From assembly GCF_009914755.1 (NCBI RefSeq), contig NC_060929.1: a stretch of 64,000 bases of DNA; one strand, written 5' to 3'. Source of the DNA: the human T2T-CHM13v2.0 reference genome, Homo sapiens. The position numbers were made by a program, and so were the translations under genes. The notes below the pieces were generated by a model. It saw only the letters and a list, made by a program, of their open reading frames with translations, was not told the origin of the DNA and searched no databases. This document shows, one piece after another, positions 1 to 12,720 of the stretch; the stretch's first letter is position 1, and every line of letters starts with the position of its first letter.

Positions 1-885
1 TATGGGGGACCCCTGAAACCAACACATTCTCCTTACCTGCTGGAAATACGCACCCCTCACTTCTGCCTCCCCAAGCCAGGACTGACTTGTCAGCTTCCCC
101 TGCTCCAGCTGCAGTGCTTGCTACTTTAGATTTCAGGGTCCCAGCCCCAGAGATGCTGAAGTAGCAGCGCAAAAATCTGCATCTTAGCACGAGGCCAGTT
201 TGGGAGCTACACGGGTCCTCACCCATCATCTGGCCCCCTCCTCCCACCCATTTTACTACAAGGAGACTTGGATAAGGGAGGGTCCTACCCCAGCTCACAC
301 AGTGCGTTTGTGCCAGAGCTGGGAGCAGAACTCCGTCTCCTAAGTCATTCATTGTTCTTCCCTCAGACTTTATACAAACAGCTCTGGGCCAGGCTGGGCC
401 TCCTTGCTGGTCTGGTGGAGACCAAAGAGGCAGGCCAGTCCTTGTGGGGGCCCCAGATCCTTCACAGTGGGGAGGGGAGCTTTGGGGTCCCCTGGCAGGT
501 GCTGTGAGGAGTCAGGCATGGGCCCAGCAACAGTCATTGGGTTTCCCATTCCTGGACCATCTCAGACCAGGAGGGAGACCCCTTCTTCCAGTCTTGGTTT
601 CTAGAAACCCCTGGAGGGTCATCTGTCCTTTTTGATGTCCTGAGTGTGAACCCAGGCAGGCCTGTGGGACCCAGCCCCAGGACTCAGTGCCAGGCCTGAG
701 AGGGAGGTGCAGGAACTGGGCTTCCAGGGCTCCCACCCCACGAGTGAGGCTGGGGTCCTTGGGTCTTAACACGCAGAGGGTGGTCAGCATGCGTGAATGA
801 AGGACTGGGCAGATGAGCTACAGGGGAAGGGGCAGTGGGTGGCCGCGGTCTCGCTCAGAGCCCTCTGCAGCAGGCCCCGCCAGGA

Positions 886-918
886 GCAGTGCTGCACTCA
901 CCAGCAGATGGCGCCACT
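886..918 (+). promoter_or_regulatory. CTCF binding site (core plus upstream motif)
   Basis: CCAGCAGATGGCGC (901-914) fits the CCASYAGRKGGCRS core; GCAGTGC upstream motif at 886-892. Confidence 0.75.
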
Positions 919-1126
919 AGAAAGCCAGCCAACCCTGAAAAATGTACTGACCCTGAGGGAACTTGCACTCTGCCACCTCTTTCTCCAAGAGCGGCCCGGG
1001 ACTGAGAATGAGGGGATGGGGCGAGTGGGTGGGGCCCTGCGCCTGTGCCTGGCTTCCAGAGTGACCCTATTGTTGATGAGGACCAGAGCCTAGGAGACAT
1101 CAGAGCCGGCCAGGAATGACACAGGC

Positions 1127-1179
1127 GGTGTCGGGGTCACCGATTCCAGGTGTCGGGGTCACCGATTCCAGGGGTCGGG
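1127..1179. repeat. 22-bp tandem repeat, 2.4 copies
   Basis: GGTGTCGGGGTCACCGATTCCA exact at 1127-1148 and 1149-1170, partial third copy. Confidence 0.9.
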
Positions 1180-1269
1180 TGAGGGCTTCTGTCTGCTGAG
1201 TGAGTGATTGCCTTTACTTTGAGCACCTGCTGTGTGCCAGGCCTCAGGCATTTGGCACCTGGACACCTT

Positions 1270-1490
1270 AATTCACAGAAAATAACAGTAACAATAATAG
1301 CTGCTACTTAATATCCACTTACTGACTGCCAGGCCATAAGCTAAATGCTTCATGAAATCCTCCAAATAACACTGGGTGAGGTCCTAGTTTTATTCTGAAT
1401 TACAGATGGGGAAACTGAGGCTCAGCGTGGTTAACCACTTGCCCAAAGTCACAGAAGATTCACAGCAAGTTTGTCTGACTCCTGCACACA
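1270..1490 (-). mobile_element. MIR SINE fragment
   Basis: MIR core ACAGATGGGGAAACTGAGGCTCAG...CTTGCCCAAAGTCACA. Confidence 0.7.
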
Positions 1491-1869
1491 CTGCTCCCTG
1501 CGGTGGAGTAAGGAGAGGGGCGGCAGCCAGGGGTGGAGGGGGAATGTCCAGTTGGTCAGCTGGTCATTGAGCACGGTCTGTGATGGCCTCAGCCTTGACC
1601 CATGGCCTCAAACAACCTGAACCCGGTAGGTTCGGGTGCTCACTAAACCCACGCCCAAGCCCAAGTCATCAAGGGGATCCGAGAGCTCCCAGGGTGCTCG
1701 TGGGGCACCCAACAGCATTCCTGGTATGTGAACTAAAATATTGATACATTGAATCAAACTGACTATAATACAGGGAGGCCATGCTGGGACAGAGGAGGAG
1801 GCCAGAGCAGAGGGACCTGGAGAAGGAAGTGCAGCCGGGAGGGCAGAGGTCAGCCTCCACAGATGGGCT

Positions 1870-2080
1870 GGCCTGAGTTTCAGCCCTGCCCCTGCCCCTT
1901 CACTGCTGTGTCATCTTGGGAATGTTAATTGACTTCTCTGAGCCTTAGTTTCTTCTGCAAAGTGAAGATAATAATAACTTGGCTCTCAGTGGATTGTTGT
2001 GAGGATCAAATGAGATAATGCACGTTAAAGCGCTTAGCACAGTCCCTGGCAAAAGTAAGTACCCCATTAATGGTAGCTGC
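1870..2080 (+). mobile_element. MIR SINE
   Basis: GCTGTGTCATCTTGGG...CTCTGAGCCTTAGTTTC...TTGTGAGGATCAAATGAGATAATGCACG...GCTTAGCACAG. Confidence 0.75.
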
Positions 2081-3756
2081 AACTGTCATTCCTACAGTTA
2101 AAATGAGTTTTGAGTTGGGCCTTCAAGAATGCTTCTAGTACGTTCCTGGGTAGGAAGGGCATTACGAAGTGGGGACAAGGCTAGAACCAGCAGAAGAATG
2201 CAAAGGTGCCTATTTCCAGCGGGCCCACCCTAGAGCGTTGGCAAGGCCAGGGGGACCTGAAGGATTTGGTCTAAGAACTTGCCCAAGTGGACCCAGTAAG
2301 GTCAGGGAAGGCGGGAAGAGGCTAGTCGGCGCCTTTGCTGGCTGCGACCAGGAGGGTGCAGCCCCCTAGGGAGGTCCTGGCTCTCCTGCCATGCTGCCCT
2401 CCCCTCCCTCCCTGGTAGGAGTCCTTCTCCCAGGCCCATATTTGCACAAATGCTTGCCTCGCTGCTCACTCCAGAGCCCCAGCCAAGAGGTGCTATTTTA
2501 AGATCCCTGGACGGGAACATTGTTGGTGGGAACAGCCCCAGCCAGCAAGCTCCCAGTTCTCAAAAAAGGGAAAGGCCTGGGTGAATGGGCGGCCTCTGGG
2601 GTGTGCAGAGGGGCTGCCACGTCGACATGACCCTCTGCCCAGGCCAGGTGCCAGCGTCTCCTCCCCACAGGGGGAAGTCAAAGAAATGTGAGTTGGGGTA
2701 GGACTCCAAGAGGTGGTCTTGTTCACTGGAGACTGGGTCGCCTAGGCCTCTCTTCTGCAGAGCATCCAGACTTGAAAACACCAAGTTTGTGTTTCTGGGT
2801 TGCAAATTGACTCTACACTGTACCAAGTCTCTTGTTAGCACTCACCACCCACAGGCCATCAGAGGTAGGGGATACCTCATCCAGCCCTTAGCAAAGCGGG
2901 AACGCTTTCTAAGTGCCTTTGCTGGGTATCATCTCTCTAGGAATATCATTTCTCTCTGAGGATGCACAGTCCATTTTTTAAAACTCTGGTTGTTGAAAAT
3001 AATTATAATTATAAAAGCTTTCTTTTTTATTTTGCAGAAGCCCTCCTCCTGTGGGGAAAGCACGGCAGACTTCAGGCAATGGTGGTTGGACATTTGCCCT
3101 GCCCCTTATTATATGGTCATGTCCACCCCCCTCACTTCAGTGGGCCTCCGTTTCCTCACGGGGTTGTTAAAATGCATTAATCATTAAAATTATTGTTTGC
3201 CTGGCACATAATGGTACTTAATATTTGGCAAGTTCGGGCTGATATTTTGTAATTTGGTTTGGTTTTATATGTGCCTGATTTTGATGTATAGTGTGTTTGT
3301 GGGTGTATGTGCTATTTTTGCTTTTTGATTATGAAGAGCCAGTATAGATTAATATTTAAAGCACAGACGATGAACCAGAGTGCTCTGAACCTCATCCCTG
3401 CTATGTAGCAGCTAAGTCACCTTGGGCAAGTGACCTAACCTCCCTGAGCCTATGTCCTTGAAAGAGAGGTGGGGGGTTAACAAGATTATATGTGGCAAGT
3501 GCCTGGCACAGGGAATGGCCCTGCTATTATTTTGTTGTATGCATTGTCCTTAGTTCTTCCCAATCAGGTGGCACAGAGCAATTCTAGTCAGCTCAATTCT
3601 AGCACTTTCTAACTGCCAGAGAGTCCCAGAAATAAAATGGACTGCCCTGGAAAAGAGTGATCTCTCTATCAGCAGAGAGCAGAACACTAGCCAGGAGATT
3701 CTAGAAGAGGAAGGAGTGGCCCAGGTGTGTGTTGTGGGGTGGAGGGGTTGTTGAGC

Positions 3757-4290
<534 letters not shown>

Positions 4291-5504
4291 AGTTTTTGAG
4301 CTTTTAAAGTTCCCTTCTAGCCTTGAGAGGTCCAGATCTGATGTCCAAGGCCTCAGGCCCCCATGTGGGGCTGTCAGGCCTGCTGTAACTCACCCAGACC
4401 TGGGACAGGAAGGAGTGCGAGAGAGCCTGTGGGGGACGTGGAATAAACAGCCTGTCTCCAGGGCAGACAGAGGCGCCAGGCCCCCTGCCCACTGGAGTGT
4501 CCTCCCCTCAGTCCCGGGGGATGTTTATCCTCTGCTCAGAGTTTACAGGACGTCTGGATTCACAAGATCTGGAATTCTGACTTTTCCCCCAAAGCTGTCA
4601 GCGTCTCCTCTGGCTGGGTGGGTCTGGGTCTGTTTTGGGTGGAAGGCCCCAACCCTGCCCTCAGCAGAAGCAGGAAACGGGTACAGAACAAAAAAAGTCC
4701 TCTTCAGCCCCCCAGAGCCGCTCCTGGCAGAGGAAGAGGCCACATCTGTGGGGACGTGAGAAGAAAACGTCAACATCTCCCAGCAGCTGCGTAGGGAGAG
4801 GAGTCCTGGGGGCTCATGGGTGGCAGGGGCTCATGGGTGGGGCAGAAAGGACTTCTTTTGCAGGTTGGGTTCAAAGGCCTGCACCCCGAACATTAAGCTA
4901 CAAACCGATGGTACTTATCAAAGTCTGCCTTGCATATTGGCCTCTGTTGTTGGGTCAGAGAGTGCTGTTTTTATTGTGGTTGTTTTGGTGTATTGTGTGA
5001 GTGCAAATTTGTGGGTGGTGTCTTGTATGTGTGTGTTTTGTTATTGTTTTAAGAGCCATCAGGTAGGAGCTGTTCACAGACAGCAAGCATGTCTTACTCA
5101 CAGATGCGGCTCTCAGCACCTGGCTCAGGGAGCTTGGGGCTGGCTTGCGATTAGGGCAGGATTAGCAGAGGAACGTCCTGAGAGCTGTGCACAACACAAC
5201 ACTTAGAGCACAGGCAGCAACTCTGACACACATCACATCACCCTTGATGGCCGTAGCCAAGGCCTCTATCCTCATCCTCCTGACCCCTAGAAAACTCACA
5301 GGCGTGAATCTCCCCCTGGACTCCCTGCAGGAGCTTATCTCTGTGGCCTGAACTGTTAGGAGGCAATGTTGACAAGCTGCTTCTGGTGGAGGTTTAAATA
5401 TCTTGCCTAGGATGTTCTATAAGTTTCTAGGAGCTGTGACCTTCAAGGAATTAGCCTATGGACGATGAAGGACCTTTGAGAGTTATTGAGGAGGGTTCAT
5501 TCCA

Positions 5505-5875
5505 ATTCATTTCACAAATATATATTGAACACCTACTATGTGCCAGGCACTGGGGATATAGTGGTGAACAACTAAAATAGTTCTTGTGTCACCAGGCTGG
5601 AGTGCACGGTGGTGCAATCTTGGCTCACTGCAACCTCTGCCTCCCGGGTTCAAGCGATTCTCATGCCTCAGCCTCCCAAGTAGCTGAGGTTACAGGCATG
5701 CACCACTATGCCTGGCTAATTTTTGAATTTTTAGTACAGATAGGGTTTCATCATGTTGGCCAGGCTGGTCTTGAACTCCTGAACTCAAGTGATCTACCCG
5801 CCTCAGCGTCCCAAAGTGCTGGGATTACAGACATGAGCCACTGTGCGTGGCCTATTCCTGAGCTTATGTTCTAAT
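5505..5875 (-). mobile_element. L2 3' end interrupted by a tail-less Alu (about 5588-5852)
   Basis: L2 tail TATTGAACACCTACTATGTGCCAGGCACTG; antisense Alu body with no poly-T. Confidence 0.7.
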
Positions 5876-6333
5876 GCAGGATGAGGAATCTAACAGTATC
5901 GATATTTTAGGACCAGCCCACAGCTCAGGGGCTCTTGCTGGGCCCCTCTCCTCTCAGTCCTGTGCACCTCCTGCATGCATGGGAACTGCTGGATCTTCTG
6001 GGAAGCCCATGACCTCAGCCCTCGGGGCATGTGGAGGAAGGTACAATGTCTCCAGAATGTGAAATCTTGCCAAATTTCCATTGGAAGGTCAGTTCTCATA
6101 AATACTGTGAGGAAAGAGGAAGAAATGGCTAGTGTGGAATCTGACCATTTCCAAAGTCTGGTTCCCAGGAAAGAAGCCTCGGTAATTGCTCTAATGTGAG
6201 AAGGCAGCTTCAAGGTTTATGGCTGTGGGAGATGGAAGGTGTCCAGCCAAGGACCCACGCAGATGCTGATGACAATTGCGTGATGGTAAAAGGGTTACCC
6301 CTGAAGCACTCTACAATTTGAAAAACACTTTTA

Positions 6334-6652
6334 GCTCAGGCGCCGTGGCTTATGCCTGTCATTTCAACACTTTGAGAGGCCGAGGCAGGAGAATTGCTTG
6401 AGGTCAGGAGTTCAAGATGAGTTCTGGCAACATAGCGAGATCCTCGTCTCTACAAAAAAATAATTTAAAAATTAGCCAGGCGTGGTGGCATGCATCTGTA
6501 GTCCCAGCTACTCAGGAGGCTGAGAGGCGAGAGGATCACTTGATCCCAATAGGTCAAGGCTGCAGTGAGCCGAGATCACACCACAGCACTCCAGCCTGGG
6601 TGACAAAGCATGCCCCTGTCTCAAAAAAAAAAAAAAAAAAAAAGGAAAGAAA
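6334..6652 (+). mobile_element. Alu (J-like)
   Basis: Dimeric Alu with A-tail; TSD AACACTTTT on both sides. Confidence 0.9.
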
Positions 6653-9432
6653 AAGAACACTTTTACATCCATGACTTTTATTTACTTGCTGGATCAACAC
6701 GTGAATGTAAGTATTTTACAGAAGAAGAAATTGAGGCCATACAGTGAGGAGAAAAGGGACAGAGCTTGGGATGTAAGTTGGGCCCCTGAGGTCCCTTTAA
6801 CCATCAGCTACCCTAACCTTTGCCCCAGCTTAGGGAAAGTGAATGAGCACTGGAACCAGCAGCAGTTAGAGGTGGGTGCCTGTCATTAGGCAGCAGACAC
6901 AGAGCACCGAAGGATATCCAAGTTATTTCTGCCATGGTCAGCTGTGCTTTATGGACAAATCTACATTGGAGAGAAATGTGTCTGGTGAGAGGGCTCCATG
7001 CCAGAGGGATAAGTTTTCTGAGTCAGCTCTGGAGAGAATTCAGGGGTCAGGCTGACCCTGATCTTTCTCTCCCCAGCAGTGTGCTCTTAGAAAAACCTAG
7101 GATTGTTTGGCCCTTCAGTCTGGCCATCACATGGCTATGTTCATAAATTCTTGTCTTCCATATTGGGATTCCCTTGTATTCTATCCCATTATCTCAACCA
7201 CAGAGCTAGCTCTGACCCTGGCATTCCAGAATCACCTACAAATCTTCTCATTTTTTAGTCAATTTCTTAGACTCAAGCTCAACAGGATCATCAGGATCAT
7301 TGTGCTGGCTTCTCAGTGATACTATTGTATATGCTCCCCAGCCTTTTATTAGCGTTTTAAATGTCTGTCTCCCTGCTTCTTCCATCTGCTGACTGCAAAC
7401 TGACTCTTTGCGAATATACAGAGCAAAACTGTTCCCTCAGCCCCAAGGCAAGCAGTATCGGTCAGTATAGGCCAAGTTGCACTGCAGTAACAAGCAACCC
7501 CCAAATCTAAGAGGCTCGACCCAGCAAAAGTGTCCTTATCCCTATGCTACATAGCCTGTGCAGGCTAGCAGGGCATGCTGCGCTTATCAGAATCATGCAG
7601 AGACATGGTGATGGAAACTTCATCACAACACTTGCTTCCACAAGTACAAAAACAGAGTCAGAGGTCTGTAGACAACAGATCTGCAGAGGTCAAAAATCAG
7701 GTTCTGGAGTCTCTGCCCCAGCCACATATTTCCTTTGAGCAAATTCATCTCCTTAATTGTCAGTTCCTCATCTGTTAAATGAGGACAATGAGAAAGTACT
7801 GACTTCACAGGTTTGCTATGAGGCTGAGAGGATGGGTGTAAGGCCATAACGTAAAGTCTAGTTCACAGGAAGAACTCAGTAAATGTCGGCTGATAGGAAG
7901 TTGGCAGAATATTCTGTTCACTTAATTGTGGCTACCATCTCCAGAGAGAACAACCCTGGTTCTTTCCACTGTTCCTTGCTTTAACCAGTTTAATTTCTTT
8001 GAAGAGTTAAGGAATTGTCTCTTCCTAATTAATTGTCAATGTCATATTATTTTTGATGCATTTTTATCCCATCAGAGAGATTCAAAGCTGAGGCAGAAAA
8101 AGGTCTATGTGTCTTGCTAACCCCAAACTAGATTTATCCAGTTCAACTTTCATTACCAAGTCTTTGTGAGAAGTCCAAAGAAGGAAGATCAAATTTGGAA
8201 AAGAAACTTTGCTTGATATAAAACTCAATGGCAGAGAGACAGAGAAATCAAACTGGAATGTCAGAATTGGAGGGGACTTTTGGAACAAGAGCCATCATCT
8301 CCTCTCTTTTACAGATGGGAAAACAGAAGTCCAGAGAGGAAAAGAGACTGATAGAGTGTCACACAGCAATTCAGTGTCAGAGTTGGGACCAGAATCTACT
8401 TCCTTTAATCCCAGTCATGGGGCTTTCCATGTACTACATAAGGGGACAACATTCTTCAGCACTGGGATGGGGAGGAGGGGATCTCCTGGAATTATAGCTT
8501 GTCCTCATTTCACAGAGTTGTACTCCAGCAGAGCTGTAAAGTTAAGAGTCCTATAAACATTACCTTATTAAGGCTTCTTAGAAACCCAAGGTCACAAATC
8601 CTCTGGATCATGGGACATGAGCTGAGCATCCAGTGAACAAACAGATGGTAATGTTACATTTTTCACTTCGTTAATGCAACCTGGCTTCTAATTATAGGAT
8701 TTGTTTAACGGTCCTGGGTGGTTTACGAAGGCTTGGAGTCAGCCTGCAGCCCTGAGCATGGCTGAGGAGTATCAGACCGGGAGACATGGGCAGGGGTTGG
8801 GGCCTCAAGGCAGGGAGGGGAGACGAGGACAAACAGAGTCAACTTCAGCCAAGGCCTGGAAGGGGATATTTAATTTTCCCTAGTCCCACTAACCGAGTTG
8901 CTCCCAGTTGGAAATCATTTCTAATAACGTCTCTGGTGCCATAACCCTTTCATACATGGGTGGTGAATATGAATTTGTTCTACAGGAGGCAGGTGAAATA
9001 ATTATCATGTTACTCTAGTCATCCATGTCAAATTGAATTCCCCTGCTATTACTGGTATTAGTGACCCCCCCCCTCCCTGTCCCTGGGGAAAGATGGGTCA
9101 GGGGCCTGGCTCCATCTCTTTGTCCGTCACTATAGTTAAGCTCATGATCTAAGGAGGCAACAGGTGGGGACTGGTCGGGGACAGAATGGGATCATTATGA
9201 AGATGAAAGGCTCCCAGTCTCATGCAGCCAATCTGGGATACAAGGGTCTTGTGAAGACTCTCCCACGCCCAGATGCTTAAGGTCCAGCCCAGCTACCACG
9301 TAGTGACACCCCCCTCCTCATTCAGGGCTCTGTTGCAAGCTCAGCCTGGGCCCCCACCACTTAAGGAAACCCCCCCAAACCCTCATCATGTCCCAAGTTT
9401 TCCAAATCTCACAGCACCTCCATCCCTGAGTT

Positions 9433-9434
<2 letters not shown>

Positions 9435-9476
<42 letters not shown>
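9435..9476. repeat. (CA)21 microsatellite
   Basis: Counted directly. Confidence 0.95.
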
Positions 9477-9479
<3 letters not shown>

Positions 9480-9499
9480 ATACACAAGGCCCTCCAAGT

Positions 9500-9780
9500 C
9501 CCTTCGCCAACCCAGCTCTGAAAACGCTTAAAGCTAGGTAAGTGATTTCCAAAGTAGGGTGTCATTTGAGGCTTAGGAAGACTATCAGGTCTTCTATTTT
9601 TACCTCTGTCTTTTCTCATTTCTATTTTTTATTTGTGTTAAAGGAACATATTAGTATAATAGCTCTTTATAGAATTTATAAATAAATATTTATTTTTAAA
9701 AATAACTTTAAATTAAAATTTTTTTAATAAACTGTTATTTATTGTTAGGAGTTTATGGTCAAAAAGGGTTGGGACCCCTG
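9500..9780. mobile_element. Old hAT-Charlie-like DNA transposon fragment
   Basis: AT-rich body ending AAAAGGGTTGGGACCCCTG, typical of Charlie/MER5-type termini; left end unclear. Confidence 0.45.
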
Positions 9781-9793
9781 GACCAGGATTTTG

Positions 9794-10111
9794 GTTTTTT
9801 GTGGGGAGTTTTTCCTTTGTGTTTTGTTTTGTTTTGAGAGAACCTGATTCTGTCACCCAGGCTGGAGTACAATGGCGCTATCTCAGCTCACTGCAATCTC
9901 CACCTCCCAGGTTCAAGCCTCCCACCTCAGCCTCCTGAGTAGCTGGGATTACAGGCACCTGCCATCATCCCCAGCTAATTTTTGTATTTTTGTAGAGATG
10001 GGATTTTACCATGTTGGCCAGACTGGTCTTGAACTCCTGACCTCAGGTGATCTGCTCGTCTTGGCCTCCCAAACTGCTGGGATTACAGACGTGAGCCACT
10101 GCGCCCAGCGT
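9794..10111 (-). mobile_element. Alu (S-like)
   Basis: TSD GACCAGGATTTTG at 9781-9793 and 10114-10126. Confidence 0.9.
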
Positions 10112-10562
10112 TGGACCAGGATTTTGAACACAAAGCCTCTTAACTCTGGGTGGGATGGTCCCAGCCTGTCGGGACTGGGAAGAGCAGGGAGAAAGACACC
10201 CAGGCTTAGAGGCATGGAGAACCTCAGCCACGGGGGTGTCACCAAGTGACTGCCTGCCCCAGGCACAAAGTCTCTTTCCTTTAACACCAGGATAAAATGG
10301 CTTCAGTTCCCAACCCACACAATCAGAGAATGCAGGGAATTCTTCCCAATTTTAGAGTTTTAGGGGGCTTAAGTTTCTCCTAAATTAGTCCTTGGCACAG
10401 CCTGCTGTTTCACAGTGCTGGCTCCTGATTTGGGCTCCTGTCTCTGAGGCTACTACCCATTCCTCCAACCACTGGGCCCCCTAAGCACCTCTCCTTCATC
10501 TCTCAAGTGTCATTCCTGGGAATGCAATTCTGGAAGCATGGCAGGCCCGTCACTGAGCTGTC

Positions 10563-10646
10563 AGTGGAGGAGGGTGATTGAACTGTGTGCAATGGAGGAC
10601 GGCGACTGGCCGGTGTGCAATAGAGGAGGGTGACTGACTGGTGTGC
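10563..10646. repeat. Diverged 28-bp minisatellite, 3 copies
   Basis: Units at 10563, 10591 and 10619, of the form A(A/G)T(G/A)GAGGA...GTGTGC. Confidence 0.85.
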
Positions 10647-10949
10647 ATGACTTCACCATTGGCTATAAGCTCTGCAAGCCTAAAGGTCACTGTCGTGACC
10701 CCAGGAACTTCTCATCGGCCTTGTCTCACATTAGTCCTCAGCCTCCTACAGTTCCCAGGCCTCCTCCTTCAAAGGATGTCCTCCTTTCTCCCCATGCCCT
10801 GCCCTCTTCCCCAGCTTCTCATCCCCTTACTCTCTCTCCCAGGCTGCCTGGAGAAACTCAAAATTTCTGTGACACAGGCCTCTTGTACATTGCAAGTGGG
10901 AGTACACAATGGTTACAACCTCCATGAGGGAGGTGGGTAACGGGATAGA

Positions 10950-11600
10950 GTAATATCTATGAGAATCACAAATGCACAAGGACTTTGATCCAACAATCGC
11001 TCTTCTACGCCTTTGTCCAACAGAGGCAGCCCCATGTGGAAATGACACAAAGACCAGGACAGGCTTTGCAGCATTGTTTGTAATCACAAAGGACTTTTAC
11101 TTCTATCTTTTCTAATTTCTATCTTGTATTTGTGTTAAAGGAATCTGTTAGTACAATAGCATCCTCAAAGTGCTCATCCTTATAGGATGGGTTGCATGAC
11201 TTATGGCACTTCCGTGCAGTGGAACCCTATCCAACCATTCAAAGAATGAGGCAGCCCGCTGTAGAATGATACACTCCAATAGCCAATAGCTGTTATTAAG
11301 TAAATGAAGTAAGGTGCATAAGAATGTGAATAGTACACCCCAATCTGTACCCCAAAAATGCAGGGACTGTACATATGTATACTTGTAAGTGTATGTGCTT
11401 GCATTTGCATAGACTCTCTGGAAGTCTATATAAAAATTTAGAGTGATTTTCTCTGGGGAGGGGAATGGGTTGATAAGGGAGTGGGGTTAGAAGGGAAGTT
11501 ACTCTTCACAGAACACCCTTTGTACCTCTGTGATGGTGACAATGTATAGATATTATCTATTCAAACAATAAATACTATTTTTAAATGAAAACATAAATTG
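10950..11600 (+). mobile_element. Old L1 (L1ME-like) 3' fragment
   Basis: GCAGCATTGTTTGTAATCACAAA...CAGTGGAACCCTATCCAACCATTCAAAGAATGAGG, typical of L1M 3' ends. Confidence 0.65.
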
Positions 11601-11751
11601 CTGTTACTGTATGCTGTGGATCATTTCATTCTCTCTCTTTCTCTCCCTCTGGAGGCTGGGCCCAAGAGGCCTTACCTTTGAGTCAATAACGTCATCTAGA
11701 AGTGAGTCATGTCTTACCCTCTAAGGCTGAAACAACCACAGTCTCTGCATC

Positions 11752-11916
11752 TGTGTACGTGTGTGTGCATGTGTGTGTACGTGCGTGTGTGCGTGCGTGT
11801 GTGCGTGTGTGTGCGCGCGTGCGTGTGTGTGTGCGTGTGTGTGCTGCGTGTGTGCATGTCTGCGTGTGTGTGGGCGTGTGTGTGCGTGTGTGTGCGCATG
11901 TGTGTCTGCGTGTGTG
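11752..11916. repeat. (TG)/(CG) alternating purine-pyrimidine tract
   Basis: About 165 bp of GT/GC alternation. Confidence 0.95.
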
Positions 11917-12564
11917 AGATTGTTTTCCCCTTTCCTTCCTCAGCAGCAAGTTACCTAACCCGTTTATTGTACAAATAGAAAAACTGAGGCCCAATCACCC
12001 ACCCAATGTCACCCAGAAAGTCATCCTCTGAGTGGCTCTGAATCCAGCCTCTGGGCTTTGACTTATGCTGTTCCCTTTGCTTCAATGCCCTTCTCTGCCG
12101 TTTTTACTCTTCAGGTCGCAGTGCACGCTTCCAAGAAGCTTCCCAGATCCCTCAGTAGGAAATGAGCTTTCAGTGTGCCCTATGCATCCCTGTGGCTCCG
12201 TACAAATTAGCAATTGGCTCTTTACCTACCTGCCTTCCCCAACAGAGGGTGGACGTTCCCTGAAAGCAAGGACTTGGTCTTCATCTCTAGAGCCCCAGGC
12301 CTAGTTCAGTGTGAAGCCTAGAACTTCAGTGTTTAAGACCTGAATAAATAAATGAATAAATACATGAGTGCGTTAATTCCTGCATCTTCCGAAACCCTCG
12401 TTTCACTGAGCTCTCTCATATCACTTAACACTGTCTTCCTTATAGTGTAATTATTTTTGGGCATATTTGCAGTGGACACCTTCTTCCTAACTCCCTCCCT
12501 CTCTTCCTCTCTTCCTCCCTTCCTTCCTTCTTTTTTTTCTTCCTTCCTCCACAATGTATCCTCA

Positions 12565-12720
12565 GACAGACATAGATTCTGAGAACATTATTTAAGCCCC
12601 TGGATCCAGCCATACCTAAAGCTGAACTACCCGTGGACTTTTCAGTCACATGAGCCAATGAACTCCCTTTTATTTTGAAGCCACTAAGAGTTGAGTTTCC
12701 ATTCTTCTCTGAAAAAGAGT
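12565..12720 (+). mobile_element. MLT1 (MaLR) LTR 3' fragment
   Basis: CCCCTGGATCCAGCCATACCTAAAGC...GGACTTTTCAGTCACATGAGCCAATGAACTCCC. Confidence 0.6.

Noticed and set aside
31-40. Minus-strand donor CAG|GTAAGG, possibly an upstream IL17B exon
   Set aside because: A single splice motif, with no supporting acceptor or TSS visible
8563-8573. CCTTATTAAGG as a CArG box
   Set aside because: Seven A/T bases rather than six
11702-11994. Cys/Val-rich and His/Thr-rich ORFs (also 62109-62627)
   Set aside because: Translations of TG/CA low-complexity sequence
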